The notes beneath the pieces were generated by a model. It did not search any database. It was not told where the DNA came from and worked only from the letters and a program-made list of their open reading frames with translations. This document shows positions 19,884 through 28,595 of a DNA stretch of 32,460 nt, one piece after another. The translations under genes and the position numbers were made by a program. Source of the stretch: Flavobacteriaceae bacterium (GTDB taxonomy: Bacteria > Bacteroidota > Bacteroidia > Flavobacteriales > Flavobacteriaceae). Within the stretch, counting starts at the first letter, position 1. The number at the start of each line of letters is the position of its first letter. The stretch is taken from the NCBI GenBank assembly GCA_020435885.1, contig JAGQYU010000067.1:1-32460 (forward strand), read 5' to 3'.

Positions 19884-20495
19884 TGTTGGAGCTGCTTTTT
19901 TAGGTTCAACTTTTACAGGTTTAGCCACTTGATCCGGATAGGCAACACCAAAATACATACTGGCTGCTTTTCTAGTATTATACAACTCAAAATCATTTGC
20001 AGGCATTTCTTCTGTTGGCACAGGAGGATTTATAATAGTGCTGTACCACTCATTTACACCACCTTTTAACACTTTAAGATTTTTGTATCCTAAACGGTTA
20101 CCAAACATCCATGCCTGGTCTGCATAAAAATTATCATCAGAAATAAATACTACGTTATATTGATCTTGATTGATATAAGATTTGTTATCATCGTCTAACA
20201 ATTTTGCTAACGGAATATTTACTGAATTAGGAATACTATATTTTGTAAAATCATCTTCACTTCTAACATCTATCAATAAATAAGAAGGATCTTGATTGAT
20301 AAGTACATCTGCTAATTTATCTGTAGAGATATATCTCTGTGGATTAATAGCATTACTCAACAGTTTTTCAGGAACAATACCTTCATGTTTTTGATATTTT
20401 GGCAACAGTACCAATCCGGCTGCCAAAAGAATAAAAATGGCTGCCAAAATCATATATCTGAATGAAAGTACTTTTACTACATTTCTATTTACCAT
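19830..20495 (-). CDS. Second membrane-anchored rhodanese-fold protein lacking the catalytic Cys, with identical C-terminal GGC tail
   Basis: N-terminal TM helix; LLIDVR..SIPNSVNIP, LKGGVNEW; active-loop position VVFISDD has no Cys; only Cys is the last residue. Confidence 0.85.
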   Translation of the reverse strand: MVNRNVVKVLSFRYMILAAIFILLAAGLVLLPKYQKHEGIVPEKLLSNAINPQRYISTDKLADVLINQDPSYLLIDVRSEDDFTKYSIPNSVNIPLAKLLDDDNKSYINQDQYNVVFISDDNFYADQAWMFGNRLGYKNLKVLKGGVNEWYSTIINPPVPTEEMPANDFELYNTRKAASMYFGVAYPDQVAKPVKVEPKKAAPTQVVPVKKKKKLPVEGGC

Positions 20496-20512
20496 GATCG
20501 TTCAAATTTTTA

Positions 20513-21103
20513 TTAATAGAAGACTTTTTTGACCCTTTTACGGATTTGGTCTGACAAAGCAAAAATTACTACAGCTGCTACTGTAAGTATAAATACAAAC
20601 CAATAAGGAGAAACTCCTAACGAATCCATTAAAGTTATATTACCTTCAAAATATCCGTTATAAATTGGTTCGAATAGGGTGTAAGCTTCTGAAAAGATAA
20701 ACACACCTATCATTATACCTAAGACATAAATCATTGCATCAATTTTGCCAATGGCAACTGCACATAGGCTGGTTCCGGGGCAAAAACCTCCGGCAACAAA
20801 TCCTACACCCATAATAGCTCCGCCAATAATGGCTCCCCATAAATAAGTTGGATGAATGTATAGTTTTGAAATATCTAAATATCCTAGATAATCCATGTAT
20901 AAAAGTCCTATAATGGCAGTCAAAGCAGCAGTAAAGAATACTTTAAGAACGGCAAAGTCGTATCCGTAAAATACTCCGGCAAGTTTTCTTGAAGATGAGA
21001 ATCCTGACGATTCTAAAATAAACCCGAAAGCTATACCTATTATTATTGCGATGACGTTGTTCCATTCATAGGGAATGATATCATTTGGAATTAATGGTCC
21101 CAT
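20513..21103 (-). CDS. YeeE/YedE family sulfur-compound transporter half-protein
   Basis: GIAFGFILE, GGAIMGVG..GGFCPGT motif, multiple TM helices. Confidence 0.88.
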   Translation of the reverse strand: MGPLIPNDIIPYEWNNVIAIIIGIAFGFILESSGFSSSRKLAGVFYGYDFAVLKVFFTAALTAIIGLLYMDYLGYLDISKLYIHPTYLWGAIIGGAIMGVGFVAGGFCPGTSLCAVAIGKIDAMIYVLGIMIGVFIFSEAYTLFEPIYNGYFEGNITLMDSLGVSPYWFVFILTVAAVVIFALSDQIRKRVKKVFY

Positions 21104-21124
21104 ACTAATAGTTGTTTATTATTT

Positions 21125-21655
21125 TTAAATCCAGTTTTTTCTAAAGAAATACGCTACTAAATACCCAGTGCCAAATATGGCTAGCATGGTTATAAAACCT
21201 CCGGTTGAAAGTACGGCCATTCCGCTAAGAGCGGCACCACTTGTACATCCGCGGGCAATTTGAGCTCCTAAGCCAAATAAAACACCACCACCAAGAGCAA
21301 ACCAAAGTCTTCTTCTGCTAGTTATTTTTGGTGAATGTTGTACTCTCCAACCAATTCTTCCTGCTAAACCACCGGAAATGAAAGCACCTATCAATACTCC
21401 CAAAGTTTCTAATACTAACCAGTTATTTAAAGTTGACTTGTCATCATCAATAAATTTGCTGTAATAAGCATTCTTTTCGGCATGCTCAGGAGTTACAGTA
21501 TCTACAATAGCAACCACACTACTTTTCATGGCTCCACTGGCACCTAAACCTCTACCGGTTATATAAAAAGTAAAGATGATTAAGATACCGAGCAAGAAAC
21601 CACCAAAGTAGGGGTTCCAGTATATGTGTTTATTTTGTTCTTTATGATTTTCCAT
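21125..21655 (-). CDS. YeeE/YedE family sulfur-compound transporter half-protein
   Basis: GLGASG, GGVLFGLGAQIARGCTSG motif, multiple TM helices. Confidence 0.88.
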   Translation of the reverse strand: MENHKEQNKHIYWNPYFGGFLLGILIIFTFYITGRGLGASGAMKSSVVAIVDTVTPEHAEKNAYYSKFIDDDKSTLNNWLVLETLGVLIGAFISGGLAGRIGWRVQHSPKITSRRRLWFALGGGVLFGLGAQIARGCTSGAALSGMAVLSTGGFITMLAIFGTGYLVAYFFRKNWI

Positions 21656-21668
21656 AATAATCTTCAGT

Positions 21669-22610
21669 TTAATATAAATATCTGGTTATTTGTCCGGCTT
21701 CTACCATTACAAATCTAAATACCAATCCGCCAATTAAAACCAATATAGCAGGGATTGCTACCGGCACTTTAAAGCCTACAAGTTCTGTAAGTTCCATAAC
21801 AGCAGGAACTAAAAGGCCTAGTATTACTACAAAGCCAAAGAACATCAATGTAAATTCTCCACCTACCAATAATTGCATAGCTTCCAATTGTACTTCAGAA
21901 CCTGCATACATACCCATTAGCATGTGTATGATAAGCCCAAGTTCTACAATAATTAAAACCAAGTCAATTTTACCAAACAGGTGTTTTTCTTTAGCTGTTT
22001 TAGCCATTAAGATGATGGCTGCAGCCCCAGTTGAAAGCCCCGATGTTAAGAATAAAGGTCCTAAAATAGCATTGTTCCACAATGGACGTGCATTGAATGC
22101 TGATAGTAAGATGCCAGTATAAATACCCAATACTATTGATAATGGTATGAAAGCCATTGCCATATACTTTCTGTTCTTAGCTAAAAATGCTTCCAGTTTT
22201 TGAAACCAATTGAATTTGATGTTCCATTTAGGGAACATTTCTTTCCAATAACTAATCACCCATAAAAATGACATAGGTGTAGTTACCAATAATACCCAAG
22301 CACCCCAAGACATTGGCGATTCTATACGTACAGTCATGTACAGTTGCCAAGCATATAAAGGATGTTTAAGGTCATAAATCAATGCCAATAAACCTAAAGA
22401 TAGTGCTATAGGAGGTATAATAGAGGCATATTTAACTACTGTTGGATATTCTTTATCCTTTTCCATCAAAGTGATTATGGCCATAAAGAATAATAATCCG
22501 GCAGCCAGTCCACCTAAGAATAGGTAAACTGATATAGGCCAGTGCCAAATCTCTAAAGACGGATCTATATGAGGAATGTTTCTACCGCTTGTAAAAAGTT
22601 CTTCTTGCAT
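21669..22610 (-). CDS. psrC: Polysulfide/thiosulfate reductase membrane subunit, NrfD/PsrC family
   Basis: WHWPISVYLFLGGLAAG, SPMSWGAW, YTGILLS..RPLW; about 8 TM helices. Confidence 0.9.
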   Translation of the reverse strand: MQEELFTSGRNIPHIDPSLEIWHWPISVYLFLGGLAAGLLFFMAIITLMEKDKEYPTVVKYASIIPPIALSLGLLALIYDLKHPLYAWQLYMTVRIESPMSWGAWVLLVTTPMSFLWVISYWKEMFPKWNIKFNWFQKLEAFLAKNRKYMAMAFIPLSIVLGIYTGILLSAFNARPLWNNAILGPLFLTSGLSTGAAAIILMAKTAKEKHLFGKIDLVLIIVELGLIIHMLMGMYAGSEVQLEAMQLLVGGEFTLMFFGFVVILGLLVPAVMELTELVGFKVPVAIPAILVLIGGLVFRFVMVEAGQITRYLY

Positions 22611-22624
22611 GATCTAGTTGAATT

Positions 22625-23158
22625 TTAAATTAAATAAAATACATGAGGTTTAGTACCTGCTTCGGGTGCTAATGTTTTCCATGTTCTGTTTTTCAGTAAT
22701 TGAGAGACTTCACTGTTAGGATCGTCTAAATCACCAAAATACATACACTTGGTTGGACAAACGGATACACACGCAGGTTGCTGACCTTTCTCTACTCTAT
22801 GATGGCAGAAGGTACATTTATCAACATATCCTTCAGGGTGTGAATAACGTGCATCATAAGGGCAAGACTGTATACAAGCACCACAACCAATACATTCATT
22901 GGGGGTTACTAAAACTATTCCGCCTTCAACAATGTGGCTGGCGCCTGTTGGGCAGCATCTTACGCAAGGAGCGTTGTCGCAATGGTTACACCTTTCGGAT
23001 TTTAGTTCTAATTCTACATTTGGATAAGCACCGTTAACGGTTTCTGTTATCCAGTCTCTACAATATCCTATAGGTACATTATTCTCTGTTTGACAAGCAA
23101 CAACACAATCGCTACATCCAACACATTTAAGTGTGTCTATTACCATTGCATATCTCAT
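22625..23158 (-). CDS. psrB: Polysulfide/thiosulfate reductase 4x[4Fe-4S] electron-transfer subunit
   Basis: CVGCSDCVVAC, CNHCDNAPCVRCCP, CIGCGACIQSCP, CTFC..CVSVCP; ATGA overlap with psrA. Confidence 0.92.
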   Translation of the reverse strand: MRYAMVIDTLKCVGCSDCVVACQTENNVPIGYCRDWITETVNGAYPNVELELKSERCNHCDNAPCVRCCPTGASHIVEGGIVLVTPNECIGCGACIQSCPYDARYSHPEGYVDKCTFCHHRVEKGQQPACVSVCPTKCMYFGDLDDPNSEVSQLLKNRTWKTLAPEAGTKPHVFYLI

Positions 23159-25401
23159 ATCGCTGTATTTTTGTTTGGATTTTCAGTTAAAAACTTAACA
23201 AAGTTACCTCTCATACCTGTTCCTCCCATCAATGGGTCTATGGTAACTTTTGTAATTAGGTGGGTATCATTGGCGCCTTTTGCATAAGCTCTGGAAAGCT
23301 TTTTGTTGTTATGCCCAAAACCATGATACATATAAACGGAATCCCAACGGATACGTTCGGTTACCCTTACTTTGATTGGGAATGTAGATATAATACCGTC
23401 TTGATTTTCTAACCAAACTTCCTGACCATTTTTAAGTCCTTCAATTCTTGCAACTTTAGGGTTAACCCAAAGATTGTTCTCATCTTTCAAGTCATTTAGG
23501 TTAGGGTTATTGATGGTTCTACTGAATGTATGCATTGGAGAACGCCCGTAATTAAGCCTGTAAAAACCTTGAGCGGGTTGCTCATGAGGTGTATAAACAG
23601 GCATAGGATCGTGTCCTAATGATTTTAATTTTTCTGAATAGAACTCAATTTTTCCTGTTGGAGTTGTAAACTCATAATCTTGACCATCAGTTAAATACAT
23701 AGGGCCAGATTTTCTTTTGAAGTTCTTAACTCCAATTTTTTCCATTTCTTCTAATGAAGTTCCCATTTGTTCTAACTGCCAAGCTATTACTTCTTTATAA
23801 TCATTATAGTTGAAGTATTCTCCTAAACCAAGCTTTTCACCAATTTGTTTAGATATCCACCATGCAGGTTTAGATTCAAATCTAGGTTCTGCAGCAGGCA
23901 TCCTCAAGGCAATAGAAGGTTCTCTATTAGTAGAAGAGCGGATACCATCATAGCGTTCTAAATAAGTACATTCTGGTAATACCACGTCAGCATAACCGGT
24001 TATTTCCATTGGCATGGTATCCATAACAACCATAAAATCTAATGACTCTATAGCTTTTTCAATAACCTCACGTTGTGGAACGGTACTTACTAAATTAGTA
24101 CCTGCAACAAACCAGCCTTTTATAGGATGTTCTTCATTTTCACCAGGAATGGTAGCTTTTATAACTTCATTGGTAATACCCATTTGTGCTAACGGATATT
24201 TTTCACCAATTTGTTCCCATCCCCACTTAGGAGTTGGATAAGGTGGATGTGGGAATGAAGGTACTTTTATACTTTCTTTAAAGTAGAAACCACCACGTCT
24301 TCCCCAAGAACCTAGTAAACCATTTAATATGGCAATAGCTCTTGAACGTTGCGTATCATCGCCGTACCATGTTACGTGTCTTCCAGGATGTACAATTACT
24401 GATGGAGCAGCGGCGGCCATAGATCTGGCAGTTCTTCTGATATCATCAGGTTTTATAGTTGTAATGCTGTAAGCCCACTCAGGGGTGAAAGTTCTGACAT
24501 GTTCTTTTAATTGATCAAAACCATGTCCGTATTTTTCAACATATTTTTTATCGTATAGTTCTTCATAGATCAATACATGCATCCACGAAAGTAGTAAGGC
24601 AATATCAGTAGCAGGTTTAATAGCTAACCAATATTGTGATTTACTGGCCGCTGTTGAAAAACGAGGGTCTACAGTTATAATGGTAGCACCGTTGTCAATA
24701 GCATCAGACATTTCTTGTACTTGGGTATTGTGCATGTTTTCGCCAATGTGGGAACCGATTAGCACCAAACATTTGGTATCTCTAATATCGGTTGGTTCTG
24801 GTGAACCTACCCAAGAACCGAAAGTTAATCCGAAACCGGTTTCTCTTGGTCCTCTACATTGTGCGTAAGCAGGCTCAGCAACGGTATCAGAACCGTAAGC
24901 TTGGAACAAATGTTCTAAGTGGCTTCCGGGTGATCCGTGTTTAAGTAATGCCATACTTTCAGCACCATACTTGTCTTTTATTTCCTGCATTTTAGAAGCA
25001 ACCAATGTAAGGGCTTCTTCCCAGCTGGCTTCTCTAAAAGTTTCTTCACCGTCAACGGTTGTTCTGATTAGAGGTGTTTTTAAGCGGTCATTGTCAGAAT
25101 ACATTCCTACTCCGCCTGTTCCTCTAGGGCATAAACGACCATTACAGTGTGGGTCAGATTCGTTTCCTATTATTTTTTGAATGTTGTTATCTTCATCAGT
25201 GTAAGCCCAAGCAGCACACTTCCAGAAACATACTTCGCAATAGGTTGCTGATCTTTTTAAGTTTTTTGTGGCATTTATTAATCCTTTTTCGGTTTTAACA
25301 GAAAAATTATTTCCTAATGCATTTAGTGCGGGAGTAGTCAAAGCTAAACCCCCAGCACCTAGTGCTGAAATCTTAATAAATGTTCTCCTTGAATTATTCA
25401 T
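23155..25401 (-). CDS. psrA: Mo-bisPGD catalytic subunit of polysulfide/thiosulfate reductase (PsrA/PhsA clade)
   Basis: Tat signal SRRTFIK; FS0 motif CEVCFWKC..C; Mo-ligand region AQCRGPRE and PGRHVTWYGDDTQR resembling Thermus thermophilus PsrA. Confidence 0.88.
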   Translation of the reverse strand: MNNSRRTFIKISALGAGGLALTTPALNALGNNFSVKTEKGLINATKNLKRSATYCEVCFWKCAAWAYTDEDNNIQKIIGNESDPHCNGRLCPRGTGGVGMYSDNDRLKTPLIRTTVDGEETFREASWEEALTLVASKMQEIKDKYGAESMALLKHGSPGSHLEHLFQAYGSDTVAEPAYAQCRGPRETGFGLTFGSWVGSPEPTDIRDTKCLVLIGSHIGENMHNTQVQEMSDAIDNGATIITVDPRFSTAASKSQYWLAIKPATDIALLLSWMHVLIYEELYDKKYVEKYGHGFDQLKEHVRTFTPEWAYSITTIKPDDIRRTARSMAAAAPSVIVHPGRHVTWYGDDTQRSRAIAILNGLLGSWGRRGGFYFKESIKVPSFPHPPYPTPKWGWEQIGEKYPLAQMGITNEVIKATIPGENEEHPIKGWFVAGTNLVSTVPQREVIEKAIESLDFMVVMDTMPMEITGYADVVLPECTYLERYDGIRSSTNREPSIALRMPAAEPRFESKPAWWISKQIGEKLGLGEYFNYNDYKEVIAWQLEQMGTSLEEMEKIGVKNFKRKSGPMYLTDGQDYEFTTPTGKIEFYSEKLKSLGHDPMPVYTPHEQPAQGFYRLNYGRSPMHTFSRTINNPNLNDLKDENNLWVNPKVARIEGLKNGQEVWLENQDGIISTFPIKVRVTERIRWDSVYMYHGFGHNNKKLSRAYAKGANDTHLITKVTIDPLMGGTGMRGNFVKFLTENPNKNTAI

Positions 25402-25480
25402 AAGTTATAAATATTGAGACTGTAATTGCATCAAAGGTTGTAATATATTGTCATATAAATGACTGTAATAATTTACGAAA

Positions 25481-25557
25481 CAAAATTAGGTGACTTGCAT
25501 AGCCCCTGATATGATTTTAGTCATAAAAATAGCAAATTATATGTTACAATTGTTACA
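25481..25557 (-). promoter_or_regulatory. psr operon promoter with CRP-like palindromes
   Basis: -7 element TAATTTTG (minus, 25481-25488); TATGAT-N4-GTCATA (25510-25525); TGTTAC-N4-GTTACA (25542-25557). Confidence 0.72.
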
Positions 25558-25685
25558 GAAAAACCTCTAATTTATGCATATTTCAGAATAGTTGATTGTT
25601 GTTGTTAGTTCATTTTTTGTGATGATATTAAGCAGGTTTTACGCTTAAAAAATTGTAGTTTTGTTACCCTAAGATTCGAGTATTA

Positions 25686-27554
25686 GTGAAAGTTTTAAAG
25701 AAAGAAGTTTTGCCGTTTTTGATGCTTATCGTTGTGATAGGAGCCTACTTTATTTTTAGAAATGTAAAGTTAACTGATGCTGTTTTTAAAGATGGAGATA
25801 ATTATTCTTCGGTAAAAACTGATAAAGAATCTTGTTTACAATGCCATGCTCAGATGACGGGTTTTTCAAAATACCATGATCCAAACAATATTGGATGTGC
25901 AAGTTGCCATTTAGGCGATATAAATTCTACAGATAAAGATGAAGCACATAAAGATATGGTGCTTATCCCCGGGAATTTATCTGATGCAGAAAAGACTTGT
26001 GGTAAGTGTCATATCAATGAACTCAAAAAAATAAATACTTCGTTAATGACAACCAATAGTGGTATTGTTGCAGTTGATAAATTCATTTTCGGTGAGGCGG
26101 ATTCGCCAAATTATCACTACCATATAAAAGATATACAACAATCCCCGGCTGATAAACATCTGCGAGATCTCTGCGCCAATTGCCATTTAGGGGCAGAAAA
26201 AAAAGAATTTGGAGGCATAACGGAGCTGAGTAGAGGAGGCGGTTGCAACGCTTGTCATTTAAACTATTCTGAAAGTGCTACAAAAGGTTTGGCAGAATAC
26301 TTAAGCTCTAGCAAAAAGGAGTTGCCAAAAGTACATCCGTCCACAGATATTTTTGTAAAGGATGAGCATTGTTACGGTTGTCATAGCCGTTCTAGCAGAA
26401 TTTCTACTAATTATCAAGGCTGGTACGAAACACTATTGGATGAAGAAGATGTTGTTGGAGATACAAATTATAAAGTGGCTGAAGATAAACGTGTGTATGG
26501 TTTTATGGGGGAAGATGTGCATCATGCAAAAGGGATGCTATGTATTGATTGTCATTCTTCACATGAAGTGATGGGAGATGGAAAAACTTACACACACGAG
26601 GAAGATGCTGTGCATGTACAATGTTCTGATTGTCATATAAAAGAAAAACCAAACACATTGTCATATAACGAGTTAGATACAGAATCGTCATTGGTTTTTT
26701 TGCATAGAGATTATAAACATACCGATAAGCAACTACTTAAAGTTAAAAAAGACGGACATCCTTTGGTGAATACATATTTGGATGAAGATGGTGAGCTGTA
26801 TTTGCTAAGCAAAAAGGATGGAACAAAACATTTAATAAAAAAGCAACCTGATGTTTGTGCCAGAGATGTGGCTCATTCTAATGTAACGTGTGCAGCCTGT
26901 CACTCGCAGTGGACATCCAGATGTATCGGCTGTCACAACACTTTTGATAAAAATGATAAAGGTTTTGATCTATTAGACAGAAAAGATATTACAGGCAAAT
27001 GGTCTGAGCATGTTTTTGAGTTTTCTGCAGAGAGGCCTGCACTTGGTGTACGGAAAGACAGTACAGGCTATACCATTGAACCTGCCGTACCGGGGATGAT
27101 ATTGACTATAGATCATCAAAGTTTTAGCGGAGATGTAAATGATAAAACAGCATTCCACAGATTATATGCGCCTAATTCTCCTCATACAACCAGTAAAGAG
27201 GTAAGAGATTGTAAATCGTGTCATGCAAATCCGATGGCAATTGGCTACGGAAAAGGAACGTTGCTTTATAAAGATGGAGTTTGGAATTTTACACCGGAAT
27301 ATGCTCAAAATCCAAATGATGGACTGCCGGAAGATGCTTGGGTGCCATTTTTAGAAGAGCCTAAAGCTAAAGTACTTTCTACAAGGACTAATTTTAAACC
27401 TTTTACTGTTGATCAACAGAAAAGAATTCTGTTGGTTGGTGCTTGTTTGCAATGCCATAAAGATGATTCTAAAGTAATGCAGCAAACTTTATATGAAGGT
27501 TTAGATGTGGTACTTAAAAATATAAGTAAACAATGTATATTGCCTAAACAATGA
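25686..27554 (+). CDS. Membrane-anchored multiheme cytochrome c (12 CxxCH motifs)
   Basis: GTG start, N-terminal TM helix, 12 CxxCH counted by eye; -7 element TAGTTTTG at 25656-25663. Confidence 0.92.
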   Translation: MKVLKKEVLPFLMLIVVIGAYFIFRNVKLTDAVFKDGDNYSSVKTDKESCLQCHAQMTGFSKYHDPNNIGCASCHLGDINSTDKDEAHKDMVLIPGNLSDAEKTCGKCHINELKKINTSLMTTNSGIVAVDKFIFGEADSPNYHYHIKDIQQSPADKHLRDLCANCHLGAEKKEFGGITELSRGGGCNACHLNYSESATKGLAEYLSSSKKELPKVHPSTDIFVKDEHCYGCHSRSSRISTNYQGWYETLLDEEDVVGDTNYKVAEDKRVYGFMGEDVHHAKGMLCIDCHSSHEVMGDGKTYTHEEDAVHVQCSDCHIKEKPNTLSYNELDTESSLVFLHRDYKHTDKQLLKVKKDGHPLVNTYLDEDGELYLLSKKDGTKHLIKKQPDVCARDVAHSNVTCAACHSQWTSRCIGCHNTFDKNDKGFDLLDRKDITGKWSEHVFEFSAERPALGVRKDSTGYTIEPAVPGMILTIDHQSFSGDVNDKTAFHRLYAPNSPHTTSKEVRDCKSCHANPMAIGYGKGTLLYKDGVWNFTPEYAQNPNDGLPEDAWVPFLEEPKAKVLSTRTNFKPFTVDQQKRILLVGACLQCHKDDSKVMQQTLYEGLDVVLKNISKQCILPKQ

Positions 27555-28207
27555 ATTCCAAAAGAAAAATAGCATTACTGTTTTTTGCAGCGGTTTCCAT
27601 AGTTCACGTGTTGGGGATACTTCTAAAACACGATCCATTACAATTAATTACCAAGCCGCTTCTTATTCCTGCATTGATAGTATTGTATAGACTTTCTGTA
27701 GAAAAGGTAAACAAATGGTATATTATTGCATTAGTATTTTCCTTTTTGGGAGATGTTTTTTTAATGGATAAAGGGAGTTATTTTATTTACGGAATAGCAT
27801 CCTTTTTGTTGACGCAACTTATCTATATAAAAATTGTTTTAGGCAAATTAAAACCTTCCAAACTGATTCAGAAAATAATTACAATAATTCCTTTTAGTGT
27901 ATTTTTTATAGTGTTGATAGGATTATTGAAAGATAATTTAGATGCCTTATTTTATCCTGTAATTATTTACGGAATAGCCATTTCCATTTTCGGGATGGTT
28001 TCCTTATTGAAATATTTAACTGATAAAAGTATAAGTTCTTTATACCTATTATTAGGAGCAGTTGTTTTTATTTCTTCGGATAGTATGATTGCTTTGCATC
28101 AATTTTACGAACCCAAACCATATTACGGACTATTTATTATGATTACTTACATAGTAGCCCAATACCTCATTTATAGGTTTATGATTTTAGAAAAAAAGCC
28201 TACTTAA
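27551..28207 (+). CDS. YhhN/lysoplasmalogenase-like membrane protein
   Basis: TKPLL, FSFLGDVFL, FISSDSMIA, TYIVAQYLI motifs. Confidence 0.88.
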   Translation: MNSKRKIALLFFAAVSIVHVLGILLKHDPLQLITKPLLIPALIVLYRLSVEKVNKWYIIALVFSFLGDVFLMDKGSYFIYGIASFLLTQLIYIKIVLGKLKPSKLIQKIITIIPFSVFFIVLIGLLKDNLDALFYPVIIYGIAISIFGMVSLLKYLTDKSISSLYLLLGAVVFISSDSMIALHQFYEPKPYYGLFIMITYIVAQYLIYRFMILEKKPT

Positions 28208-28525
28208 TTATTTGAACATGTCCAACCCGGGAATATCCGGTAAACCGTTTTTAGCAGCAGCTGCCATTTCTGCTTCGTGGATAGCGTTTGCTTTTTCCAA
28301 TGCTTTGTTCAAAGCGAGTATCAGGTAGTCTTCTAATTCTTCTTTATCGTCTAACGAAGTATCGTCAATAGTAATGCTTTTAACATTTCTATTAGCAGTA
28401 ACCACTACTTTTACAGAACCTGCTTCGCCATCAACCATAATGGTGTCTAACCGCTTTTTTGTAGCTTCAATGTTTTGTTGGGCTTGCTTTAATTTGCCCA
28501 TCATATCAGATAAGTCTCCGAACAT
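28208..28525 (-). CDS. ybaB: YbaB/EbfC nucleoid-associated protein
   Basis: [35 protein letters not shown]. Confidence 0.92.
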   Translation of the reverse strand: MFGDLSDMMGKLKQAQQNIEATKKRLDTIMVDGEAGSVKVVVTANRNVKSITIDDTSLDDKEELEDYLILALNKALEKANAIHEAEMAAAAKNGLPDIPGLDMFK

Positions 28526-28595
28526 AATTTATAATAATATGTGTTAATTAGCTGCAAATTTACTATTTTCGAGGCAATATAAAATCTTCAAAAAA

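Noticed and set aside
19195-20495. A Sox thiosulfate-oxidation pathway implied by the GGC motif
   Set aside because: The carrier bodies are rhodanese folds rather than SoxY, and no soxABXZCD genes are in the window
25418-25469. GACTGTAAT direct repeat and small GTCAT/ATGAC hairpin in the psrA leader
   Set aside because: Short and AT-rich, with no counterpart at the second island promoter
27551-28207. YhhN gene as part of the sulfur system because it overlaps the cytochrome stop codon
   Set aside because: Widespread membrane-lipid hydrolase family with no Cys or sulfur link; more likely the resident gene at the island edge
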